Positions 23,912 through 36,910 of a DNA stretch of 64,000 bases are shown piece after piece. Origin of the DNA: Balanoglossus misakiensis (lineage: Eukaryota; Animalia; Hemichordata); NCBI GenBank assembly GCA_040954595.2, contig CM082593.2:590759-654758 (forward strand), read 5' to 3'. The translations under genes and the position numbers were made by a program. Each line of letters opens with the position of its first letter. Position 1 is the stretch's first letter. The notes below the pieces were generated by a model. The model ran no database searches and had not been told where the DNA came from. It saw only the letters and a list, made by a program, of their open reading frames with translations.

Positions 23912-25516
23912 GTTCTGTGAGTATAGCAACGCCTCAACTCCAAGGATCTGCACCTCACGTATAGTCCTGCATCAATTCACAACAACGGTGATGCTGTGAA
24001 GTCTGTGGGTGAACGAACCCTCTGCTCAACTGTGCTGGCAAAATCGACTGTAGAATATCAAATGTTGGAGATTAGAGGCGCAGACCGTCTGTTTCTCTGG
24101 ACGAAATTAAAACGTATGAAAGGAGCATCTGGTGAACGCTATTGAAAATCTCCTATCACTGCGGTGTGTGCAACAGTGTGGTAGCACGCGGTTTAACCAA
24201 TTAACAGGAGCGTTCGACTGGGTCTCGTTGCTGAGTGGAGGTGTTTAACTTTGTAGAAGCGATAACCGTTGGCGGCGTTGTGTTGAATAATTGGAATAAA
24301 TCCAATCATGTGATACTGCTTGACTGTTCTGCCGCTGACGAACCAAACTATAAATGTTGTGGTGTGAAGACTTTTGAACGATTGAGTCCAGCGCGTTTAC
24401 ATACAAACATACAACGTATGACTTTCCTTTTCACATTATTATATGTTGTCTTGGTAACGATGACACCCAAACTGATTGATCACCTTGGATAATTAATCGG
24501 CAGATGTCTCAATTATCAATCTGGTCACCAGCTAATTAAGATCCGGTTTTCTGCAAGTAAACAGAGAGAGTTAACAGATAATTAGTACTTTCAGACTATC
24601 AACCTTGGATTTACAATGAATGTGGGCGTGCAGTGCCTAAGGCAAAAAAATAAAAATAAATTAATTGGTTCTGTCATGGCTTTTCTCACAAATTGGGCAA
24701 CGATACAAATTTCTTTTTTTAATCACCTTGTTGGTGTCAATCTGTTGGTGTCAATACTGACAGAGACGACAAATTACATGTTTACCGGTATAGAAAGAAC
24801 CAAAGAATTTAAACTTTCATGAAAAACATTAAACTGTTTTCCTTTTAATGTCCTTTCTGAAAATATTTGCGGCAACATGCTGTATGGTAGTCTGTTACAT
24901 TCTCACTCAAACATTAAGGGGTAAGCATCACTGCCTGCGCTTTGAAGCCCTGCACCAGAAAGCAACAAGTGTTCATTCACAATTGCATACTTAGTCTTCT
25001 TCATCTTAGCCATTAACTGTGTCACTTTATCATGACCTAGTGCCGACAATCAGACTGAGCCTTGTGACACGAGGGGTTTTAAGAAATAATCATTAGATTT
25101 CCACTGATTGTAACTCACTGAACCGTAGTAATCCCATCAACGTAAGGTTCCTGACGCGTTTTTTTCTTTTTTGTTTCCAGAATACAATCAGATCAGAAAA
25201 TATCCCCTGCCGGTGTCACAGTGAAAACGAACATTATTAAAACCATGACACTCATGAGAGATGCCATGGAAACCAATTTGTCAAATGGAACAAGTTCTCA
25301 GTGACCAGGATATTGTTTGGACGTTCATTAGAGACTTCCGTTTATATTACTTTGCTTAAATTACACCACACCGTCCATTATATGTCCATCTTTCACATTC
25401 ATAGGTTGTAATAGGCAATGTTGTGCCACCAGCATTAAACAGGTAGTGCGACTCATCCAGCAGTAGAACTAAATCATGGCTCAATGTTGTATATCTCTTG
25501 GAAAGACATGCAGCTG

Positions 25517-25700
25517 TCACAAATAATATCTATTCGGTGGCCACGTCAGACTACAGGACATACAGCCAGCCTCCCTGCATTCATTGTACACAAGACAAGA
25601 CTTTAAGATATGTTTCACAGTGGAGAATTCCAACTTGAAGGCAACAATTAGACTAAAGGCGTGGTTCCTTCCTCCACACTCAAAACAGACAAATACAATC
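25517..25700 (-). mobile_element. Possible LINE ORF2 C-terminal CCHC remnant
   Basis: CFECG...STVKHILKSCLVYNECR resembles the C..C..TV.HIL..C..Y...R knuckle at the end of non-LTR ORF2 proteins. The spacing is atypical. Confidence 0.3.
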
Positions 25701-28700
25701 AAAAGTCATCGAGATCTCCTCAGGAGAACAGGATGTTAGTCACTTCCATCCATACTAGTTATTAGCTTTGACCCATACTGAACATTGCACCCTAATTACG
25801 AGCAATTTTATTTGACATCAGTATGCTATCTAATTGAGGCCATATCAGTATGGTGGGCATTTCAGCTGCATTTGCAATATGACGAATTGTTACTAACATG
25901 AAAAGCATGTTCAACCATTCGTTAGCAGTTAATTTTAATTTGGAACTACTGGTATACTAAATAAAATCAATTATCAACGATAATAATATTGAGCACTGCA
26001 CATTTACATGCCGTTGATCAGATAAGCTAACGGAGCTGTAAGTAAGTGAGTGTGTGAGTATAACTAGGAATTGTCAATGACCATCAAAGTCTGCAAGCCA
26101 CATTAAGTATACTGGTATACTGGATTTGTCAGGAAAGGTACATCAAATTATTACAGTGGTTATTATTCCAAAAGTGATTCCATGGTATCGACAGATCTGA
26201 TTGAGGTAATTATTCAGTATGCAGCGAAATTGTTATCTCTACAAATGAAAACGACACTTCTATCAAAGTTGATTGATATCACTTGACAGAGTGGATTCTT
26301 TGTAGAATATTGGTTTGTGTTGAACACCATCGATTTTGACAGGTAATTTTTAAAAGAATAACGAATTAAAGTTGTACGTGCATCTGAGGAACAAGACTCA
26401 GATCTTCACGATGTGCTAGTTACAACAATCATTGCTACCTGACATCGTGATAATAATTCGGCGAATTCAGACTCATGGTTTATTCAAGTCACGTAGCAAA
26501 CTTCTGTGGACGTCTTCTACTTCAAATGACGTTATCGTTGAATACTTGAGCAGTTTAAAACGTTCAAGGTCAAATGAAAACGATGTTGGACATCGACTTT
26601 TACAACATTCATATACAAGACACGTTGTTATGACCATGTGACACAGATACTTTTCAGTGACTTTTCTTCATCCAAGTGGTTGAAAAAAATTAAAATGCAT
26701 TTAGACAAGATTTCTAAAAATGTTCATTTCAGTAAATAATTTGGTATTGCATGCTGTAAGGTACATTGATTTGCAAAGCAATCAAGATGGCGAAATCGTT
26801 CATTGAAGATGCTAGGATGTGACACCTTTTTTTATATTCATGAAAATAAGTACAGAGAATAAACCAAACTAAAAAGGAGTGTCTATATCTGCCATTTGCA
26901 AACTCCTTAACTCTCGCAAATAGCAGTTCCGTGACTAAACTTGCATATTTCCTTCTTAGTGCGCTTTTGTTCTGAAAATAAATTGAATTCCACAATGGCA
27001 TATGCTTGCCAGAAAACCTCTTCTCATCACAAGTTAAAATTTTCCATGCCTGAACTTTACAAGAAGAGCTACCATTTGTAACATTTCAAAGTAGTCTTGT
27101 TCCAATGACTATGCTAATTTATATATTAACACATTCAGCAATACAATTACTATAAGTCCTTCATATCATTAAAATTTTTCATATCACTAAGTATGCAATA
27201 ACTTTTGTTCGATCAGACAGGGTAGGACACGTTCGCTTGTGAAGTGTGAATTGCGTAAAGGTCTTACACCGGAGAAAGCTTCCTTCCTTGTCTACCTGGG
27301 CTTCCAGGATGTGAAGACGGAACATACATTATTACGTGAACAACGGATATCATGGTGTTATTACGCTTGATCCGGTGTTACAAGCATAAAGCTCTAGCAC
27401 AAATCATAGTCTGATACATAGAGTGTCTGTGTCTGACTGTGATATATATTTGCTCTTCTCTCTTTGTAGTTATTTGCTTTTTATTGTCGACTATTCGTCC
27501 ATGAGATACTTCAGTAATCTATACAAAAACGATTCCATGCACTGAATTGAAAAATCAGCAACTGATGATCACTTTGGCCTCTCAATATTTAATGTCTGAT
27601 ACATCTATTAGTCATTTGTAATGTTGAGTTTTTGTAAATTGTGGCCTGGAGGGTGATTCGCTGGATGTGATGATATATGCGATGCCAACACATGCAGTAA
27701 CTTCGTGTTCTCCCAAGCTACCAGCGTAGGAATGTTAAATGTCTACATGAGACAATTTATTGAATGTTTTAATTATGAATGAACGATCCAGTAATGCATG
27801 CATGTAAGCAGGGGCGAGGGTGGTGTAAGTAAGACAGGCAGGAAGGCAGGATGTTCTGAGACTGGCATATGAGATTTACCCCTCTGTATGACTTCTCTAC
27901 ATTTTATTTACCTTAAAATCCCTTCTTTCCCCGAACAACATTTATATCATATATGCTATGACCTATCCGTTCTGACATCAGTTTGCTGTAAGTTCCTCAC
28001 TGATTAGAAAATGTAGTCAAAATTAGAACGGAAAAGAAGGAAATTACCGGCAGACCTTTCGGTATTGTCAGAAGCCATTACAAGATGCACTACAGACTAC
28101 AGCGTAACATTTACCGCCCAGCCTTTCGGTTTTCCCCTTTTAACGTTTCCTGAAAGTTCTGCTACAATCTTGATTGGATGCAGCAGACCAAATTTATTAA
28201 TTTGTGTCTTCGTTCAGAATAGCACAAATTGGTTCGCGTTTACCTCGGTTGACCGTACCTGTGCTGAATACACAAACGATTGCGACGATGTACGTAATAT
28301 AGTTTTCCGTTTCGGGTAGAGTGCTTTAATACATCTGTACCTGGCACATTTAAGTTCTTTAAGTATAGAGCTAAATAAATATCTGTCTGGGTTGCTATAG
28401 AGGGAATAAATATACACAGTTGTGTAATATTCGCCCGCTTTCGAAATTGACGTTCAAGGGGCAACAGGGGTGCTTAGGTGGATTAACGCTTTTGTTCTCA
28501 TTACATGTTAACGCAACACATGTACAACTTCTCCAGACATGGATTTCTGAAGATATAGAGAACAAACATTAAAAATACTTTGTGCACTTGACTATGACTA
28601 CATTAAGTAGTAAATTCTGTGCTGTCAAACCCTTATTCACATTCCACTGAAGATCATGTGAAAGCTTAACATTTTTTCCGGTGATTAGTAATCAATAAAT

Positions 28701-30635
28701 CACAGTATCTGGAAGACCAATTCATTAAGTTAGCTCAGCAATATTGAGTCTATGGAATGACACAAGGGAAAGAAGTTTGCAGGAAAACAATATTCAAAAA
28801 ACGCTTTGAACGTGGCGATAAAGAAATCATCCGAATAATCCTATCACATGGTTCAACCGCCTCGAAAGAAGTAAAGTAGATCCACAAAAAAGTCATTTAG
28901 ACCGACGAATGGGTACAATACATTGGTTTTTAAATAGTGAAAGAAACTAGTCAAGAGGAAATTACTGCACCTGAGTCCTGACCTCTGCGAAATCACTGGG
29001 ATTTCAATATAACACTTGTGAAAACTATCGGAATCTTACACCAGGCGTGGTGCCGGCCATTGGCACTCTCTCGCGCCAACTGTTGTAACTCTTGCCAAAC
29101 CACATTGAAACGCCTGTCCAGTTTGCAGTTCAGGCAGGGAACTAATTACCCAAGTCTGACATGGCCTTCGCGGAGTCTCACAGCAGTTACAGACGTGTGT
29201 TCTAGATTATGTTCTCAATATCGAAAACAAAATTACTAGTAGTTGATATGAATAAATATTTGTGTTTTTATATGGCAATTTCTTCAACCACCTCTCACGT
29301 TTTATTATTTCAATGACGTATATGTATTTTTCCTTTGACAATTTTCTCATTTCTGTGTATGATTTATTATCATTGATTCAATAAGGGCACAAGGCTGGGA
29401 GGGTTCTCAAGACTTGTATTCTCCCGATGTCATATTTCACTGTTATAAGGCAATATATTGCGATAAGGAAATATGCCTATCGTAGCCTCGTTGACATGTT
29501 TTACTACACAAGATTGTTTTATTCCAGGCACACACAATGTCACTGCATCGTAATTTTATGGTTATTTTTTGGTTGAAATGGAGTCTTTGGACTAAGAAAC
29601 ATATATACGGCAATGATAACATTCTTGTTTGGATTCTCATAACAAATTAAGAGTGATGGCTGACTCCCAGGGATGCAATATGTGGCAACCAAACTGACCA
29701 GACAACTAATGCAATGAAACCCACTGACCTGAAAAATGAATGAGGAAGGATTGTCCACGGGATAAAACACAAAGTGATTTAATATCACCATGTCGTTTAT
29801 TTAAATCCGTCGAGCATTTTTATACCCGACGGGTTTGCAAAAATGCCACTAAGAAGGGAAAATCGACAGTTAAGCAGCGATCAAGATATCTGAAACGTTA
29901 GCAATAAAAGTATGTGGCTGCAATTGCATTGAGTTTAAGGCATGTTACAAATCATTCTATTTCTTTACAAACAACCACTGTCGAACGCTACATAATTGGT
30001 TTCAGAAAACCACCCAAATTACGTCATCGGTTATCCAAGGCATCATTAAGTAGAATTTGCACACAGGTAACTTACTTTGATGTGCACACAATCACTATAG
30101 AGTCGCCATGATCTGAATAAGACAGAAACGTCCGTTGTTCGTGACCGAACTAGTCAAGCTGGTTCCAAAGCAAGAGTTGAAAAAGTTGAAAGTGGCGTCG
30201 TCCCAGTATCGAGGTTAAGAGCGCCTATTGTCAGCCAGGAGGAAATAACCACCGTCCATGAATCATGTGTAGCTGGCCTTTTAAACTCAGCAGTGGTTCG
30301 GGTGCTACACTGACTTCACAATATCATCTGTCAGTGAATATTTTTAGTGTGGCCCTGGCGACCCTGTTTCCTGAGCAAATATTCGTAAGTGCAATTTCGT
30401 GTATGGAATACATATATAAACGTCATATAATAATTCTAATTTATGACACTTTGAGTCGATATTAGAATGCCGACTATCTGAAATTACCAGACAATGTACA
30501 CATGTCCACGTGAGGGTCTTTTTATTAGAGGGTCTCGGATCGACAGATTGTAGACACGTTTCACCAAAAATAGTTTTTAATTAGGTCCATAAATCTTAGA
30601 AACAAGCTTAAGTCCATTTTTGCAAACATCACAGC

Positions 30636-30713
30636 ATGTATGTATGTATGTATGTATGTATGTATGTATGTATGTATGTATGTATGTATGTATGTATGTA
30701 TGTATGCATGTAT
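30636..30713 (+). repeat. (ATGT)n tetranucleotide microsatellite
   Basis: Perfect tandem to 30706, then one variant unit. Confidence 0.97.
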
Positions 30714-33700
30714 TTATTGACAAATGCTTGAGAGTTTATGACCTAACGATATAATAATTGATAGTTTTAGTCTATTTCGTTTAAATATTAGCTTTTTCTT
30801 TTCTTTGTGCGTTAATATTCAATAATTTTATAACCATCACACCCGTCTACAGTTCAACAAAGTTTGTACTGGCCAATTTTACAGTGACTTTAATAACATG
30901 GGTCCATTATCCAAAATAAAATTAGCTGTTTTACGCATAAAAGGTGTCACATTTCACATTTACCAGTGCCCATTTTTGTAGCAAAGGAAAGCGCGTATTA
31001 AATATATAATGAGATCTCCAGGGCTCTGTGACGCACATTACTTCTGACGAAGGCACTTCTTGCACGTATACACAAAACCATCAAGTGTAATTGTTTCTTG
31101 CAAGCACACAGTTTTGTTCTTCAATCATCAAGACCTGTAAAATTATCACGGTGGCACGAAATAATGAATCAAACTTTTTATGCATATAAAATTATAATTA
31201 GAGTATTTCAGAGACATGGTATGAACATGGTATCTGTATCATGTCCAAGATGAGATTGCACTGATTCATTCAATCCCTGTTATGGAAACGAGAGAGTGTA
31301 ACTGAAATAAGTAACCCTTCTTAGATTTGCACCTATTCATCAGTTGTTAAAACATCACTTGATAACGTATCACCAATATACTGATAAAATGTCAAGATAT
31401 ATAATGTGTCGTCACCCTGTAAAAGTGTTTATCACAGCAAGAGGTGTCACATTTGAGAGTAAGTATTCAAGAATCAAATCAGAATCCATGATCCATTGCA
31501 TTGGCTAGACTGATCTTTACTCAGAGGGTATTTTAAGTAATTGAAAAAAAAATTAAGAAGACCCAATGCTTTACTGAAGAATAAACCACCTGGCTGTCTA
31601 CTAACCTATCTACGTGCAGGTACAAACATATACATACACAAAATCGTAGAGACATATGTACAAATCACTGGACTTGCTCATCAGACTAAACTGACCAGAG
31701 TTCAAAATATTGGGGGCAGTTAAAATTAACATAACCTTGATGGGTCCAATATAATGTGACAGTCGTGACTGAGTTAAACTCTCAGGCCACTGACTAATTA
31801 TGGTCGTGATCACTTAAAGTATTCCCGCCGTGACCACAGTTACTTTCAATAATACGTCATCTACCCATTTCAGGTGACCCTTTTGTACAATTGATAGCCC
31901 CCCCCCCCCTTCCTACATTGATGCTGCAGATTTAGATACATGGAATACAATACTAGACTATACTAGGTAACGCAGATTTGCAAAATTGCTGAAGCACATT
32001 TAGTATTTTTTCTGGAAAAAATATATTAAGAAATTTGCACAAATGTATGTATTTAATCCATGAGTCTTTGGGTTTTTGGTGTTTTTGTAAGTCTCTATAC
32101 CGCAAACTGGTCAGGAGGAAGGTACAAGATCGAGTTATTGATTATTGGGCAAATCAAGAAGTACGGCGCCTCAGCTCATGAGCGCTGTCTTCAATTGACG
32201 TAAAATGTAACTGAGTCCATGTGACAGCTTGGGCTGAGCACATGGGAATCAAAGCAGGAGACACGTACGCTGATACTTGAAGCGTTAGTAAGTGTTCAAG
32301 CTTCGGCTGGCTATATACGTGTCTACATTGAGAATTTTCACCAAACAGACAATGGTTTAACTCGCACTGGTTCACGTCAAACATGTAGAAAGGGAAAGAC
32401 ATTATAAAATAGAAAAGTATGTATCTCCCACAGACTAATTGACATTTTGTGAAACCTTTTCCCAAGGTTCATTTCAAATAACCCACCTAATACAAATTAA
32501 TGTAATTAATGGGGTAAACTCGTCTTTGGTGGTCTGTTACGATAACCTTGAAAATAAATCAATAGTTAAGACCAATTGAAACTGATTAAATGTGCTAATT
32601 GAATCTTTATTTAATCTTGTCATGAGGCCTTTTAACATCTGGTTACGTAACACGACTCAGGTGGTCTATGGTGCTGATGTCATTGGCAAACCCATCAAAT
32701 ATGAAACCAATTTTTCCTATATCGTACATGTAATTTATATATGTATAGATATTCCAACGGATTCAATAGAAAAAACGTGTAGACCAGTTAAAATGACATA
32801 TTAAAGACAACTGGTAATCTTTTACAGTGTTGTGTGTGCATAGCGAGAATTCACCCCAGCGGGATTTGAAGGAAGCATGTACAGTTCCTTCTACATGTAA
32901 AGGCAGCCGAACAAACTCTTATGTCTTTTGAGAAAGAGTAAACGTGGCGTTACAAAATCAAGATTTCATACGCGCTTTGATCAAATATTTAAACATCCTT
33001 GGATAAGATGCCTACAAGATCAAAGGGTTACCTTATGATCATACATTAACCAACGTATACATCAATAATTTACAACTAAATGGTTTCATATGATTTGAGT
33101 GTTTCCGTGTTCGAAAGACAGGTCCAGCATCGAAATGACTTTACTGTTTAATATAGTTTCAAGTTGTGTGTACAAAGTATTTTTGTATACTTGACTATTT
33201 ATTTAAATCAGTAACATGCAGTGATATATACCTCACGTCGAGCTAATATAGTTCATTGAATTCTGTCAAACCATGAACCATAGCTTTACTGACATGGTAG
33301 TGTAAACCAACAAACGTGTCAAGCAAGTTGACAAATGACAAATCGAGATCAATAATTACTAGAGGAGAGAAACTGTTGTGCAGTTCAAGGATATGTTGTA
33401 GTTATGGATTCAACTTCTAATGTTTTGATCCCTCCCGGCTGAATATATGCAACTTTAAATAATATGGTAAACGGACACTGAGAATCTTCTCAAGCGAATC
33501 ATTGTGTGTATTTTTAAATTAAAAGTATAAGTACAGTCCCCTGGGTAAATCTAGACATGTTGGAAGTGGAGAACTAGCAAATCACAGACTTTCACTTGGA
33601 TGGCCACACAAAAACTGTGCCGCCACATGGCCATTAGAGCACTTTGAGTCGCCCAATTAACTGTTTATTGTATAAAAGAAAGTGTGAGCTTTTTCAAATA

Positions 33701-35309
33701 AGATCATTTGGCTTACTTGTTCAAATGTTGGGCACTATCGAGAAAATGTTAAGAAAGATGCGGTAAGTTCAAGTACTTTGAATAGATTTGGGGAGATTCT
33801 CTGTGACTTCGGAAATAGCAATAAATCTTCACCATATACTTGCAAAGTTGTCACTAAGTGTGTGACTAGATGTCTGTCCGTCTGTTCGTTCATTTGCCTG
33901 TCTTTCTCTCTTCATCATTGGATTTCTTGTAGCAAATTCCCAATGGAACGAGAAACACTTAGTTCGTAAATTGCAAATACTGTCATTAATCTTTCCGGAC
34001 AGATAATTACCGGTACATACTTAAGGAGTCAAGGGACTGAGCGTGGTCAAGACACAGTGTGTTTTGTTCAACAGGAGCTCAAAGGAGGGTAATAAAGTGG
34101 ACGCTGAAGTCAGAATAAAGATGTTGAGATTTTCAACAACCGGAATACTCCATCTTTAACTATTTTCCTGTGTATTCTAACATCGCAATGAAAAAGTTTT
34201 AAACCAAGTGTAGTTTAACTGCCAAGTATTCAACTTCCCAACAAACTACATACCGGTAATATACGTCTTGTAAAATGCAGAATAGCTGTTGGCATGTGAA
34301 TTTTAGTCCAGACTAAAAAGGTTGATTGTACACATATGCTGTGTGAATAAGCTAGATCTGATCATTATGGAGCTTTAAGAAGGTGCTATTAATGATGAAG
34401 AGGTATTAAACATCTGCTTATTATGTACAAGTGTCTTTAGTACTGAAAGGTCTCACTGCCTAACTTCCATAAAACATTTTATTGGACTTCTACAAGGGTT
34501 TCGGCATTTTATCTCTAATGATGTGCATCTCAGTGGGCGATTTCAACTTGGTGCCGTTATTAAAATGTAAAGGTAACATTTTACGAGTTTGACAATTCTC
34601 AGGATGTTATTGTCTGCCCCTTCCTCAAGGCCAAGGTCATTCACTTCGACAGAAAAATTTCTAATCACGTAATGAATTGAAATCCAGTAACAACAACCTC
34701 ATCTGGGCATGACAACCTGAACTATAAATGACGAATTCTTAACAGAGAACTTAGTGAGAATCAGGGATCATCATTGAAAGCGAATTTCAGGAAAAGCACA
34801 TAGCACTTTATAGTAAAGGCAACACATAATTGGCTCTTAACTATTATCATACTTAATTGCATTACGATGAGAATGGATTCTCATTTAAGGAGAATCTCGT
34901 GAAGCAGGAGAAGTGAGCACTTTGAATCCGTAAGGTAGATGACTTTCAGTTGCTCTGCCATCCATTTTTATTGCAGAGAACAGGATATTCTAATTTTTTA
35001 TTTCTATACAGGTCTCGATTGAAGTATGAGCATTGCTGAAGATGAGATTTGCTACTTAGTTACCAATTCCACCCACCTGACAGGCACAATAAAATGGATT
35101 TCGTCGTACTTAAACTATTCAACGGGGATTTCTTCTGTTAATGTGATTCACGGCTAGTTCTCAGAGCTGCAAACGAAGTCAAGTCCGTCGTACCAAAATC
35201 TTGTTATCAAAGATTTCAGCATGTTACCGGATAATTAATGCTTAAATACATCCCCATGACTTCCGGCAAACTCTCTCAATTAAGTGCAGCTTAATGTAGC
35301 AATATGTCA

Positions 35310-35500
35310 AAATGCCATGGTTACCGATTCAACGCATAACTGTACTCTAGCACAAAGCGAACATCGGCAATGTACATCTCTGAGGCGACATGCAACTTCA
35401 CCAATACACACAATACATTCCATACTCAGACGAGTTCATCATTGCAGGTGTGCGCATGGAAAGCATGCCGAGAATTATTTGCTGTTCGAGAACATTGCGA
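35310..35500 (+). mobile_element. Decayed L2/CR1-type LINE ORF2 C-terminal fragment
   Basis: PWLPIQRITVL*HKANIG / AMYISE ... HTQTSSSLQV ... ELFAVR resembles the L2 tail pattern HWLPI.QRI..K...G.AP.Y.SEL...RSS..L.VP...RSFAV. Contains stops and frameshifts. Confidence 0.45.
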
Positions 35501-36825
35501 TGTCTGTGTTCACAGCCACAAACAGACACAGTTGACCCATTTGCTCCAGAATACTGAATATCCTCTGTGTGTGCATCTGGAGGTATGGCTGATATTCTGA
35601 TCATTAAGGCAAGCGTTTTAAAATGGCGAGAAGAAGGCAATCTAAAAGTACCGGTATATAAGTCAAAGTATTAGCGCCATGAGAAATAAACCAAATCCTG
35701 TAACTCTTACTTTTATCCATGTAATTAAGGCGAGAACTACATAATCTTTACAGCTGCTTACCAGTTAAAACAGCTTGAAGACAATTAACAAAATCTGAGT
35801 GTAAATGATTGATTCTTCCAGGTTACACTCGACAACATTGTGATATTTATTAAGAAGAGGTATCCTGCCCAGGGCAGATTTTTCCGACGTTAATAAAACA
35901 AATATTACCCAAAGTCACTCATGAGCCATCCACCTCTGAAATGTTTTTTCATCATGGTCTCATCAATCAAATGAGCTGATATATGGCTGCTATCAGACGA
36001 AACGCTATTGCTGGGCATATTGAAACGCATAAACGGAAATGAGAATGGAATAGAACACCTCGTGCAAACTCATGATGTGAAAGCCTAATGCAGGTTCGAT
36101 TGCCACAGAGTACATCTCTAACTTTAAGGGCCGCTCTGATATTAATATGTCCGGTGCGGCGAAAATCATAAAAGCATTTTAGAGTGTAATTTTCCTAAAG
36201 CGTTGTTTCTTTTGACACGTCTAACGCTTTTTATCTTAAGTGGTCATCTCACATTTGCTTGGATTATTGCTGCGATATATTAAGTCTCTAATGAGACTTT
36301 GTCGGCCTTTGATGAAAAGGTCGTAGGAAGAACACCTTATAGAATGTTTCCCATCGTCTGTCTACTCCCACTAAAGACACTCAGCTATGCCTGTCTGTCT
36401 GTCTGTCTGTCCCTTAGCCTAGCTTTAGTTAAAACTGCCAATACATAAGGGCCGGCAAAACTTTGGGCTCAACGTAATCGCCATTTTCAATTTGTGGAAA
36501 TCAGATCGGATCTTACTCTCGCCAAATTCACTAGACCTTAAATAATTCGGTTACTTAGCTTTCAGCTAACGGCACCTCTGAATGATGCACTTCTCAAAAT
36601 CAGACAATGAAATAGTTGCCTCCGACGTTCTGTAATTTCTCAAAATCTAGATTCACTTTACATTCCTCATGTACAAACACAATGGAATATCAATTAATGG
36701 CATTAATTTCTATGTATCACGTCGAAGTGTTCACCTTATAGTGTATGTAAATGTTGCCCTGTTTACGAATGATTGTTCTGGGGTAGAAGTATAACTTTTT
36801 ACTTCACTCTCTAGGTTATGTTTAA

Positions 36826-36910
36826 CCCTTACACCACCATGGTTTGGTCTAAGTCCATTGTTTACTATGGTAAAGTTAGACCTCTATAGAGGGAACTAGG
36901 GGTGGAAGGG
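36826..36910. mobile_element. 85-bp piggyBac-type MITE with TTAA target-site duplication
   Basis: TTAA|CCCTTACACCAC ... GGGGTGGAAGGG|TTAA: CCC/GGG ends, imperfect 12-bp TIR, and TTAA on both sides (36822-36825, 36911-36914). A related partial copy lies at 50597-50639. Confidence 0.7.

Noticed and set aside
23912-23953. GTG-initiated N-terminal extension of the GPCR
   Set aside because: An artefact of the ORF caller's alternative starts. ATG 23911 has a good context (AACATGG) and is followed by typical glycosylation sequons.
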